Assembly (NCBI RefSeq): GCF_018977255.1
Contig: NW_024704743.1
Coordinates: 88,724,001 to 88,788,000 of the forward strand
Direction: 5' to 3'
DNA: 64,000 bases
From: Callorhinchus milii
Taxonomy: Eukaryota
The notes below the pieces were generated by a model. The model saw nothing but the letters and a program-made list of their open reading frames with translations, did not search any database and was not told the origin of the DNA. Below are positions 1 to 11,070 of this stretch, one piece after another (the stretch's first letter is position 1; the number at the start of each line of letters is the position of its first letter). A program made the translations under genes and the position numbers.

Positions 1-505
1 GGCCTCAGTGAGGGGGAAGGTGTTGCTTGGGGTGAGCCAGGTTTCCGTTAAGGCCATGATATCAACGCTCTCATCAAGGATGAGATCGTTGATGACCAGG
101 GCCTTGTTACAGAGGAAGCGAACGTTTTGTAGTCCGATGTGGAGGGAGCGTTTGACAGAAGGGTGTGTGGGGAGGGATGGGGGTCCAGGTTGTGAGACAG
201 GGGTGGGGGCAATGGGGATGAGGGAGGAGAGGTTGGCTCTTCGGGTCTGTGTCCGGGGTGGCTGGCGAGTGTGGTGGGGAATGGGACAGTCGGTGGGGCT
301 GCTGCTGGACAGCCAACGCCGAGTGCCGCGGTGAGCCCGGTGGAGGATTCCCAGGCTGGAACAGAGGGAGGTTGTGGGAGGGTCAAGTGGGGATAGAAGG
401 CGAGGGGGACGGAGAGAGAGGAGGACAGAGAGGGAGAGATGCAGAGGGGGGAGGATTTGGGGGGAGAGAGGAGGGGGGAGGGAGGGAGGCGGTGAGGGTG
501 CTCGG
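1..505 (-). mobile_element. L2-clade LINE, 5' part of ORF2 (AP-endonuclease N-terminus) plus upstream pyrimidine-rich region; runs off the window edge
   Basis: Minus strand translates LHIGLQNVRFLCNKALVINDLILDESVDIMALTETWLTP, the N(V/I)R...D(I/V)xxxTETW start of LINE EEP endonucleases. Confidence 0.85.
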
Positions 506-1320
506 AACAACTTTCTTGAGCTGAATGTCAGCAAGACGGAGGCCCTCCTGATTCCACACCCCGTGCACTGGCAGCATCAACCTCCACGGTTGCACACTCA
601 ACCTCACTACGCTAGTCAGGAACCTGGGTGTCTGGTTTGACCCTGAACTGTCCTTTCTCCCCCATATCCGCGCCATGACTAACACTGCCTACCACCACCT
701 CCGCAACATTGCCAGACTCCGTCACTGCCTCACCCCTCAGGCTGCCGAAACCCTCACCCACGCATTCGTCACATCAAGGCTTAATTCTGGAAACTTCCTC
801 CTCATTTGCCTTCCCAACTCTTCCCTTCACAAGCTGCAGATCATCCAAAATTCTGCAGCTTGTGTACTCTCACGCACCAGGCTCTGTGACCCCATCACCC
901 CCACCCTCACCCGACTCCACTCGCTCCCCATCCCTCAGAGGATCGAATTCAAGATACTCTTCCTCACTTTCAAGGCCATCCATGGCCTTGCCCCCTCCTA
1001 CCTCTCTGACCTGCTGACTCCCTACCAACCTGCCCGCTCCGTCCGTTCAGCGGGCTCCGGCCTGCTCCATGTCTTCCGCTTGACCCGCTCTACCATCGGT
1101 GGCCGGACTTTCAGCCTCTCTGCCCCCACACTCTGGAACTCCATTCCACAGTCCCTTCTCCTCACTTCATCCCTTGCCTCCTTCAAGGCCGGTCTCAAGA
1201 TCCTACTCTTCGATCGTGCCTTCAGTCACCCTCCCACCTCTCCGCCTTCCCTTACCCCTATCCCTCACCCCCCCTTACAAAGGCGCTCTGTAAATGTAAT
1301 TTTATTGCTGTTGTTGTTAA
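506..1320 (+). mobile_element. L2 LINE 3' end (ORF2 C-terminus and tail)
   Basis: NNFLELNVSKTE...HLRNIARLR...HAFVTSRL...LQIIQNSAA...IEFKIL...GGRTFS...LWNSIP; ends AAGGCGCTCTGTAAATGTAATTTTATTGCTGTTGTTGTT. Confidence 0.95.
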
Positions 1321-1329
1321 TGTTATGAA

Positions 1330-1560
1330 TGGGTGTATGAGGGTTGTGGGAGTCTGCAGTGTGAGACAGGGCAGAGCTGATTGATGTTGCAGAGGTGGGG
1401 GAAGGAAGAGCGGGTCATAGATTTTATAGAATGTTACGGCACAGAAGGAGGCCATTTGGCTCATCGAGTCATAGCACGAATGTGGGGTATAAATGTTAAG
1501 TGAGGGTCAAACATGATGTCAAGGTTCTGGACTGGCTTAGTAAGGTGGAGTGTGCATCCA
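1330..1560 (-). mobile_element. older L2 fragment interrupted by a short CR1 3' tail (about 1416-1470)
   Basis: Degenerate HLRNI/FDP-coding segments flank CATAGATTTTATAGAATGTTACGGCACAGAAGGAGGCCATTTGG. Confidence 0.6.
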
Positions 1561-1579
1561 TGGTAGCAGTACTACCATG

Positions 1580-1730
1580 GTGTAGGCATAGCTCAGTTGC
1601 TAGCACTCTTGCCTGTGAGGCAGAAGGTCATGGGTTCAAGCCCCACAATAGGATTTTGAGCTCATAGACCCAATGATTGACCCAATGCTGTATTAGTGGA
1701 GTGTTGCATTGCCTTTCTGATAAGATATGA
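1580..1730 (+). mobile_element. tRNA-derived (DeuSINE-like) SINE head
   Basis: A box TAGCTCAGTTG and B box GGTTCAAGCC; same head as copies at 7430, 13285, 34075 and 35085. Confidence 0.75.
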
Positions 1731-2169
1731 AGTACTTGGATCAGAAAGTAAAGAAATAGAATATTTAGTCATTTTGTTGACTGACATATTTCAATATTTC
1801 ATATTTCAATTCTTTTAAGGTTTTTGATACATTTTAAGAACTAAAGTATTAAACCAAAATAATAGGTTGAACAGATAATCAAGTTGTTTGTACTGTCACA
1901 ATTTATCACCCAGGATCATTTTACACATCAACACTACTGTTTATGAGTTAGAATTGTATTGGTCCTAGAATTCTCACTGATTACTATAAAATACGGGGTA
2001 AGATACAACGTTTGATGTGATAATTAACACCAGATAATTATCACATAATTAGAAATTCTGTTCCTGTGAATGTCACAGATGATATCGGACACTGGCTTGA
2101 CTCAATGTTGAATTAAGAACAAACACCATATTGGCTTTCAAAAGTGAATAAGATTGATTAAGAAAAACA

Positions 2170-2295
2170 ATTAAAAACAGTGGTATAGGGAAAAGACAGG
2201 TGAATGGGACTGAACTGATTGCTCTTTAATAGAGCCAGTACAGACACGATGGGTCTTCTTCTGCACTGTACATTTCTGTAGTATTTTGGTTCTAT
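2170..2295 (+). mobile_element. CR1 LINE 3' tail
   Basis: GGTATAGGGAAAAGACAGG...AGAGCCAGTACAGACACGATGGG...TTCTATG, matching the tail at 61620-61740. Confidence 0.75.
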
Positions 2296-2374
2296 GCAAG
2301 TTATGCAATTCCAAGCTGGCAGATTCATTGGCTGGCTTAATGGCTGCAATTGACGTGACAATGTTGAAACAATA

Positions 2375-3570
2375 CGACACAAAATTACATCATTTCACGT
2401 CGGAGGACGTCCCCTGCTCAGGTCATTAGGACCCAAGCAGGGAGTGGGGTTGGGGGTTGTTGGTATCAGGGAGTGGGGAGGTCAGAGAAGGTAGAAGGGT
2501 GGCTGAAGGCATAGTCAAAGAGGAGGGTCTTGAGGCGTACCTTGAAGGAGGCAAAGGATGGAGCAAGGTGAAAGGAATGTGGGATGGAGTTCAGAGGATG
2601 GGGGCAGAGAGACTGAAGGCCTGACCGCTGATGGTGGGGTGGGTCAGGTGGGGGACAAGGGAGGGAGCTGACAGGTTGATAAGGGGTTAGCAGATCACAG
2701 AGGTAGCAGGGAACAAGGCCATGGATGGCTTTGAAGGTGAGGACCAGGATCTTGAACTGTATCCTCTGAGTGATATGAAGCCAGTGGAGTTGGGCGAGGA
2801 TGAGGTGATAGGATCACGGAGCCTGGTGTGGGAAAGGACATGAGCTACAGAGTTCTGGATAATCTGCAGCTTGTGGAGGGAAGAGTTGGGAAGGCTGACA
2901 AGCAGAAAGTTGGCATAGTCGAGCGTAAATGTAATGAAGGCATGTATGAGGGTTTCGGTGACCTGAGGGGTGAGGCAGTGGTGGAGTCGGGCAATATTGC
3001 AGAGGTGAGGGAAGGCAGATTGGGCCATCGCATGGATATGGGGGAGAAAGGACAATTGAGGGTCGAACAAGATGCCTGGGTTCCTGACTGGCTTGGTGAG
3101 GTGGAGTGTACAACCATGGATGCTGATGCTGCCAGTGCCTAAGGTGCAGAGGCATTGGCGTGAGCCAATCAGGAGAACTTTGTCTTGCTGACGTTCAACT
3201 GTAGAAAGTTGCCTCTAATCCAGGACTTGATGTCTGATAGGCTGCCTGTCAGGACATCAGTGGTCCTGGAGTTGAGGTTGGAGGCAGAGAAATAGAAAAT
3301 TCTCCCTCTTGGTGACATCATCCGCAGACATGTGGCAGTTGACCCCATGTCTGCGGATGATGTCACCAAGAGGGAGAATTTACAGGTTGAAGGTGAGGAC
3401 TGAGGACAGAGCTCTGAGGAACACCACACAAACTGGTGCGGGGCTGGACAAGAAGCCATTTGTGGAGACAAAGGGGAGCCGGTGTGAAAGATAGGATCTG
3501 AACCATTGGAAGACAGAACCTTGAAGGTTGAGTGAGAGGAGAGACGGTGGAGGAAGATAGAGTGATCCAC
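2375..3570 (-). mobile_element. L2 LINE 3' ~1.2 kb (RT C-terminal half and tail), disabled
   Basis: [56 protein letters not shown]2 tail at 2375-2415. Confidence 0.95.
3297..3381. repeat. perfect 36-bp inverted repeat with 13-nt loop inside the L2 RT
   Basis: AAATTCTCCCTCTTGGTGACATCATCCGCAGACATG (3297-3332) and its exact reverse complement (3346-3381). Confidence 0.97.
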
Positions 3571-3574
3571 AATG

Positions 3575-3655
3575 ATTGAAAGAAAAACTTAGGAGAATTT
3601 TTTCCCCCAGAGAGTTGTTGGGATGTGTAATGCGCTGCCAAGTACAGTGGTGGAG
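3575..3655 (+). mobile_element. CR1 ORF2 C-terminal fragment
   Basis: AGGAGAATTTTTTCCCCCAGAGAGTTGTTGGGATGTGTAATGCGCTGCCA (RRNFFSQRVVxxWNALP-like). Confidence 0.7.
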
Positions 3656-5030
3656 GCCTCGTCTACTCAATCTCTCCTCGTAGGTCAATCCCCTCATCCC
3701 AGGAACCAACCTAGTGAACCTAAGTTGCACCCACTCTAAGGCGAGCATATCCTTTCTTAGATAAGGAGTCCAAAACTGCACACAATATTCCAGCTACGGT
3801 CTCACCAAGACCCTATACAATTGCAATAAGACTTCCCTACTCTTGTGCTTTAACCCCTTTGCAATAAGCACTAACATGCTATTAGCCTTTCTAATTGCTT
3901 GCTGTACCTGCATACTAACTTTCTATGATTTGTGTCCAAGGACAGCTAAATCCCTCTGAATACTAACACTACCTCGTCTCTCCCCCTCTAGAAAATAATC
4001 TGCTTTTCTATTTTTTTTGCCCAGGTGAATAACTTCACACTTCCCCACATTATATTCCATCTGCCACCTTCTTGCACAATCACTTAACCTGTCTATATCC
4101 CTTTGCATCCTCCTTGTGTCCTCCTCACAGTTTACTTTCCCACCTAGCTTTGTATCGTTTGCGAATTTAGATACATTAAGCTCTATTTCCTCGTCTAAGT
4201 CACTAATGTAGACTGTAAACAGTTGAGACCCAAACACTGATCCTTGCGGCACTCAATTAGTCACAACCTGCCAATCTGAGAAGGACCCGTTTATCCCAAC
4301 TCTCTATTTTTTGCCTGTTAACCATTCTTAGATCCATGCTAATATATTACCCTTAATTCCATGTGCCCTAATTTTATGTAACAACCTTTTATGTGGCACC
4401 TTGTAGAATGCATTCTGAAAATCCAAATACACTATATCCACTGGTTCCTCCCTATCTAACCTGTTACTTACATCTTCAAAAAATTCTAAAAGATTTGTTA
4501 AACATAATTTCTCTTTCATAAAACCGTGTTGACTCTGCCTAATCATGTTATAATGATGTCCCTAATTATAGACTCTAGAATTTTCCCCACCACCGATGTC
4601 AGGCTAATTGGTCTGTAGGAGTTCCACATTTTTTCTCTCCCATCCTTCTTAAATAGCAGTGTTACACTTGCGATCTTCCAATCAACAGGAACCGTTCCAG
4701 AAACCTGGGAATTTCTCTAGTACTATTACTTAACTGATATTAATTTCTTTAAGTTCCTCACTAACATTAGTCTCTTGGTTCCCCACTATTTCTGGTAAGT
4801 TTTTAGTATCTTCCAAAATGTGAAGGCAGAAGCAAAGTATTTGTTTAGTGACTCTGGCATTTCTTTATTCCCCATTATAATTTCTCCTGTCTCTGCCTGT
4901 AAGGGACCCACATTTACTTTTGTTAATCTCGTCCTCTTCATATACTTGTAAAAGCTCTTACAATCTGTCTTTATATCTTTAGCTAGTTTACTCCCATATT
5001 CCATTTTCTCCCTCTTAATCAGTTTCTTGG
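3655..5030 (-). mobile_element. CR1 LINE ORF2 (RT domain), disabled
   Basis: QHGFMKEKLCLTNLLEFFE, VDIVYLDFQNAFYKVPHKRLL, PQGSVFGSQLFTVYISDL, KFANDTKLGG, QFWTPYLRKD. Confidence 0.95.
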
Positions 5031-5139
5031 TTAAAAAGCTTCTGTGTGTTTTGTAGGTAAATGCTGTAGCTAATTTGCATATGCCCACAAACAGCCATGC
5101 AAATGATCAATTTTAGCTGGAAGATTGTTGGCCAGGACA

Positions 5140-5680
5140 TATGGGTGCAGGGATATTGGGTGAGGACAGGACTAGGCTTGACCGGGGCTTTCACTCCCCC
5201 ACTACCCACATTCCCTCCGCTCAGCCAGCTCTGACCTGCTCCATGTCCCCCGACCCACCCGCTCCACCATTGGTAGGAAGGCCTTCAACCAATCTGTTCC
5301 CAACCTGGAATTCCATCCCCAATCACTCTGCCTCGCCTAATCCTTAGCCTCTTTCAAGTCCCACCTCAAGACCCTCCTCTTCGACCATGCCATCGGCCAT
5401 CCCCCTTCCCTTACCCTCGCTCCTCCCCCCCGACCCCTGCTCGGGTCTGAAATACTGTACACTGTCCAGCGCCTTGGGACATCCTCCCGACGTGAAAGGC
5501 ACTATACAAATGTAATCTTTTGTTGTTGTTCAATAGCTTCCAAAAACTCAAGATCATACATGAAGATTAGATACTTGGGTGAGGTCCTGGGAAAGGGGAA
5601 GGTGGGGTAACTAGTACCTATGGAAGCCATAATGCTGGCACGAGTCATCGCCTTTAGGAAAGAAGCAGAGAAATTTAGAG
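5140..5680 (+). mobile_element. LF-SINE-like 3' half split by an L2 3' tail (about 5190-5530)
   Basis: GGGTGAGGACAGGACTAGGCT before the L2 tail and ACATGAAGATTAGATACTTGGGTGAGGT...GAGTCATCGCCTTTAGGAAAGAAGCAGAGAAATT after it resemble the LF-SINE consensus as recalled; L2 tail GCGCCTTGGGACATCCTCCCGACGTGAAAGGC...TGTTGTTGTT. Confidence 0.65.
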
Positions 5681-5891
5681 AAACAGCAAAATAAAATAGA
5701 AGTCAATTTACCATATGACCTTGAATACGACATCCAACAAAAAGGGTTGTTATCAAATTTGCAGGACAAATGCATGTCCATTGCAGTGTTCTAATATCCA
5801 ATCCAAAGCCAATGGTTCTTTCTCTATCACTGAGTAATTCCTTTCAACCTTATTTAAATTTCCACTGGCAAAAGCAATAACTCTCTTCTAG

Positions 5892-6030
5892 TTGTCTTGC
5901 ACAAAATCAAACAACTCCTATTCCTGTAGATGAAGCATTGGTATCTAACCAAAATTGTTCTTTGAACTGGGGAAATGCAAGAGCTGTGGTTTTGCTAACA
6001 AAGCTTGACATTCAGAAGTCTGTAAGAAAG
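5892..6030 (+). other. candidate 139-nt exon of an unidentified locus
   Basis: ctctcttctag acceptor; open frame CLAQNQTTPIPVDEALVSNQNCSLNWGNARAVVLLTKLDIQKSVRK; AAG/GTATGT donor. Confidence 0.3.
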
Positions 6031-7429
6031 GTATGTTCTTTTGAATTAGCTGCTGTGACGGTGCTGCTATCACTGTATGCAACATTTCTAATAAGACTCT
6101 AATCCTAAGAATCTCTGAACTGGGCTAAAACCCTTAGTTGTGCAGGATAGGAGTACAAACTCCTACATTTTTCTGAATCTGTTATCATTCCTTCAACTGA
6201 GACATGGTGTGACCTTTATATGTCACATAGCTTTCACAAATAACATCGGAGAGCTTCAGATTCATCCTCAAGAAAGTTATTCAAACACTTGTCTTTGTTT
6301 TACTGGAAACCCTGGATCATTGCAGTCATTGAAGTACTGACTTTATGGTGACTTTATCAAGGCAAAATACTCAATTTTAAGCTGGCATAAGCTCTAGCGA
6401 GTTAAAGGTGTAGTATTTTTTTCCAGCATTTGTTTCGGGGGTTTGGCTGCTTATGTTTTGACACCTGACTTTGTTGTTGGTTCTTCTTAGCGACGGAGGT
6501 CTGTGCAACGTATTCAGCTTCCCGTGATTGTTTGCTACCAAGCCGTGTTTGCCTACAAAACACACAGTCACTCACTCACACTCCATCTTGTGAAGCGTTT
6601 TGAGACTCCCTCCCGAAACCTTTCACAAATTACATTAGAATTGATCCCATTTCTATTGTGTACACTTTTGGCACCTTGGGATCTTTTCTAAAGGTCTCAA
6701 CATATTGCATCCTAAGAGAAACATACCAGCTGTCTTGAGAGCACATTGGTGCATCTACCAGCTGTCTTCACAATATTTAAATATTTTGCATCTTCCAATG
6801 TTAGACTCTGCCTGCTGAATCTAACATGAACTCATTGTGATTCGCATAATTGGTGTTCTGTAAATAGTACAGTTTGAGCAACAAGGCCAAGTTAGAAAAA
6901 CACATGGGATCTCAAATAACAGATTAACAACTGCAATGAGCCTACTTATCACCAGCTCCCGATAGCTCAAAATGATAAACAACATAAGTACTAAGTAACA
7001 TACACAGTGTTACACATAGTATACCTCCTGGCTATTCTAAGCAACCAATGTTTTCAATATTTAATTATAATAATCTTTGCAGTTAATATGCACCTTTCAT
7101 GTCAGGAAGTCATCCCAAATCACTTCACAGGAATTATTGTGAAGTGTAGTGACTGTTTATTTTGTGGGTGCATAAGAATATTCTGAAGGTCAAATTTATC
7201 AAATTTATTAGTTTCTGTAGTTATATTTTTTACCATTGTTTTTTCTACACTAACTTGGGCTGTTTGCTGTGATGCTGTATTTAGAACAGCTTAAAATGAT
7301 AATAATTGTTGATATTAAAGTCCTTAAAATAATATACAGGTAGGAAGGAGTCACAGCTACTGATAGAGTGAAGAGCACGGCGGATGTGTTGACACTGATC
7401 AGTCATCTTCTTACTGTATTTATTAGTTG

Positions 7430-7835
7430 ACAGCCTGGCTTAGTTTGTAATACTCTTAGTCATAATGGCTGTGGGTTTAAGATCTGTGTCAAGACTCTGA
7501 AACCACATTCTAGGCTGACACTCGAATGCAGTGTTGGCATTGCGCTGCATTGTGGAGGTGCTATCTTTTGGGATGACACATTAAACCAGGGTCCCATCTG
7601 TTGGTTCAGGTGGGCATTGAAGATCCTGTGGAAATATTCCCGAAAGAGAAAATAATTTCTTCAAGCATCCTGGCTAACAATCCTCCAGATAAAATTGGTC
7701 ATTCACTTCGTGACTAATTGGGAAATGTTGCTGTAAACAATTTGGCTGCTCACTCACCTACAAATATGTGGTGACTATGTAAAGTGCTTCGATGTTATGG
7801 TACTACATTAAATGCAAATATAATAATTATTATTT
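7430..7835 (+). mobile_element. near full-length older DeuSINE-like SINE
   Basis: CAGCCTGGCTTAGTTTG head, GCTGACACT...GCAGTG...GATGACACATTAAACC core, AAAGTGCTT...AAATGCAA(ATT)n tail. Confidence 0.8.
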
Positions 7836-8302
7836 ATTTTATAACAGAGTCTCTAGTATGAATGCTGAGAACCAATATGCTGTTTTATTCATAACCAAAC
7901 TGTGATTATTCATGGTCTTATTAGAGCCATGCTGAAAGGTCAAAATCTGTAGTTTGGCAACAATAATAACAGGACATACAACAACAACAGCAACTGTATA
8001 GTTCCCTTCATGGGGATTAGCATCTCGGAGCAAATAATCAGCTGCCAGTAAGTCTATATTATAAGGAGAACACTGCAGGGAAGGTGAAATTGAAAGAATG
8101 TTTTCCCAAGTGAACTAAACTTCCAGTTATCAAGTTATTTATTCTCTGAGAGCGTAGTACTTGGGAAAAATCGATCCAGGTCTATATTATGTGATTATTA
8201 ATTTTCCCATTTGCTAACCAATCTAATTAACATGCTTATGGCACACAATTCCACTAAATCTTAGCCTTTGAGACCATGTTGTCTCAAAATTTAAGGTCAT
8301 AC

Positions 8303-8416
8303 AGAATTGTGGAAAATGCTTCAATTCAATCTTAATTTGAAAGCCAGTTCTGTGGAAGAACTGCATTAAAAACATCTTAAAATTAAGACTGAGTGTTCCA
8401 GAATTCCTTACATTTT
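8303..8416. mobile_element. ~110-bp imperfect palindromic repeat (MITE-like family copy)
   Basis: AGAATTGTGGAAAATGCTT...CTTAATTTG left arm and AAATTAAGACTG...GAATT right arm; similar to 27487-27599. Confidence 0.6.
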
Positions 8417-9092
8417 AAAACAAAATAATCTTACAGACTAAGATTAGGTGGACGATTGGGCCTAACAGGCTCTCTGTTAGCACGGGTTTTATGTTCTCCA
8501 CTATAATAGGATTTACCATTACAAATGCAGGATGTAAATTTCACTAGAGCTAATGAATTATGAATTTCAAGACCACAGTACATTAATCTCTTGTGATCTT
8601 GGCCTTAATTCTCAACAAAAAAATAAGTAAAGGGGAAGTTGATCCTATTTATTTGTTGCAAAGGGCTTTCACTGATCATGCAGAAGGTATATCTTTGTAC
8701 TGGCTAGATTTTGCTTTTAGCTTGCCATTACCACTAAATCCCTCCCCATTGATATCTTATCTTTTGATAATGCTAGCCTAAAAAAACCTTCTTACTATTA
8801 AAGGATCAACTTAAAAGCCTCAGCTTTATTACAAAGTGATTTAAGGCTGTAGAATTCAATATATTATGAAACTTTTTCCTCCTTGCAAGTGGTCATTAAA
8901 GATCTCATGGTATATTTAAAAAGCGAAGGAAGAATTTTTTCCCCTAGTGTCCTGGCTAACAATGCTCCAGATAAAATTGATCATTCATCTCCTTAGGGCT
9001 GTTTGTGGGAGCTTGCAAAGTGTAAAAAGAGCTTGTTGTGTTTACCTATATATATATATATATATATTAATTTTTGTTAAGTGAAGTAATTA

Positions 9093-9171
9093 ATAGTAAT
9101 TATTGTTAATTGTAGTAATTGTTTATATATAGTTATATATATAAACAATTACTACACTTAATAATTACTAT
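9093..9171. repeat. AT-rich palindrome with 21-bp perfect arms and GTTA loop, within a SINE tail
   Basis: TGTAGTAATTGTTTATATATA (9111-9131) pairs with TATATATAAACAATTACTACA (9136-9156). Confidence 0.9.
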
Positions 9172-9887
9172 GAAGAACCTTATGATTTTTCACAATATAG
9201 GCTATAGAAATATGCAAACTCTTTATTTTAAAAGCTATAGTGAGGTTATCAAATGTATCACTAGTATTGTAAGAGAATTGATATCAAAAACATAAAGCGA
9301 TTGACTAACAATAACAAAAATCTAATTTGAATAACCAAATGTTTTCATTGTTATTTAACATTCAGCCTCTCTTATTTTCTTTCTGTTTTCTACCAACCTG
9401 TAGGTCAAATCAACCTCAAAATTCATTCTCCCCACTACATGTAGCAGTGATTCTGTTTAAGCTCCAATTTTATCAGAGGCTATTTTTACTGGTCTTTTGT
9501 TTTGGCCAGTTGATTTGATTTGATGTGAGAACAAGGTGACACAAAGTCTGCTGTATTACCTTGGGTTTAGACTAAGAGCATCAGATCAAACTGATTTAAC
9601 AGGCACAAGGAGACCATCTCAATGAATTGTTCAATCAGTTCAGCCTTGTACCAATGGCAGAATAGCTCAAAGCAACTTGTTTTTTTCTCTTCTGAAGGTT
9701 GTGAGCTCCTTTTTCTTCGACTGGGGTACTGTTCCACAGGCATCTGTGGCCATGTGCAACCTCACCTGAGTTATTCATTTGTGACCTTTGGCAGGTTAAT
9801 TTGACCACAGGAACATTGCACAAATAGCCAGCTTCATCCAAACCTATCTTATGATCTTGTGATCTAAATATAAATAGTTTTGTTGTT

Positions 9888-10020
9888 GATCAGAAGTAGG
9901 ATTCTTGGCTGAAATCACTCTCACTTACCCAGATGTAAGGAGGCCAATTGTAGCAGCACAGCCTGGGATTGAACCAGTGGTCTTGAAACCGTATGGCCCT
10001 GAATAGCGTATTTACCCACT
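9888..10020 (-). mobile_element. LF-SINE-like 5' fragment
   Basis: GATCAGAAGTAGGATTCTTGGCTGA...GAGGCCAATTGTAGC...GGGATTGAACC...GTATGG, the reverse complement of an LF-SINE-like head. Confidence 0.6.
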
Positions 10021-10220
10021 ACAACAACAACAAAATTACATTTGTTTAGCACCTTTCACGTTGGGAGTACGTCCCAAGGCACTGGACAATCTATGTTTCG
10101 GACCCGAGCTGAGGGTTGGGAATGGGGAAGGTGGAGGGTAGGGTGGGAAGGAGGGTTGGCCGAAGGTATGGTCGAAGAGGAGATGGGTCTTGAAGGAGGC
10201 ATGGGAGGGGATGAGGCAGA
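10021..10220 (-). mobile_element. L2 3' tail
   Basis: (AAC)n ACAAAATTACATTTG...GCACCTTTCACGTTGGGAGTACGTCCCAAGGCACTGGACA. Confidence 0.9.
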
Positions 10221-10680
10221 GGACCCAGATGATGTGGTAATGGTCACAGAAGAGGAGGAAGGAGAGTTGCTATTCTAACCACAACAGCTCCCCCTTCCCC
10301 TCTTCTGTGACCATTACCGCATCATCTTGGTCCCAGACATACCTTTCCTCTCTCTGGTTGGCCTGTTTTGTTGCAATTTTCTATCTCTTTGTTTGCATTA
10401 TTAACACCTTTTCCCCCTTGTTTTGTTGCAATCCCCCCCCCCTTTATTTGCATCATTAACCCCTCTTTAACCCATCATCTCCTGTCCTCTACCCCATTTT
10501 CTCCTTTGTCTTCCTTGCCCTGCCTCCCCCCTCTCTGTTAGTCCTTTAAAGCCTCTCCCTCCCAACATACCCCAATTCTGACGGAGGGTTGTGGACCAGA
10601 AACTTTGACTCACTTTCCTTTCTCCATAGATACCGCCTGACCTGCTGAGTGTTCCCAGTGATTTCCGTTTTTGCTTCCGG
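10221..10680 (+). mobile_element. Penelope-like element 3' region/pseudo-LTR with a 5' fold-back
   Basis: Reverse-complement match to 17905-18250 of the GIY-YIG-bearing copy; inverted arms at 10221-10268 and 10283-10333. Confidence 0.85.
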
Positions 10681-10739
10681 TATGGTCTGGCCGACTTTCT
10701 GCACATATAAGTAGTTCTCAAGAATCCCACCAGTTTATA

Positions 10740-11070
10740 CTAGAAATTCGCCCACAACAATACAGTCAATTGACTTTACAGCATATTCTGTGAAGCGCTT
10801 TGAAACATTGAGAAGACCTGAAAAGCGCTATATCAAATGCAAAGATTATTATTATTATAGAAATGACATCAGTGGCATCCTGATGGTCTGGAAGTGAAAC
10901 CAGCAGCATCTTATCTCACACCAATGTCTTTTTTTAGACCCTAAACATTTGAGATTATAATAATAATAATCATTGCATTTGATATAGAACCTTATCACAT
11001 TTTCTAGACGTCTCAAAGTGCTTCACAGAATATACTGTAAAGTGAATTGACTGTACATTTTGTGGGTTTT
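10740..11070. mobile_element. two SINE 3' tails in convergent orientation (+ 10740-10858, - 10955-11070)
   Basis: TGTGAAGCGCTTTGAAAC...AAATGCAAAGATTATTATT and its reverse complement about 100 bp downstream. Confidence 0.85.
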
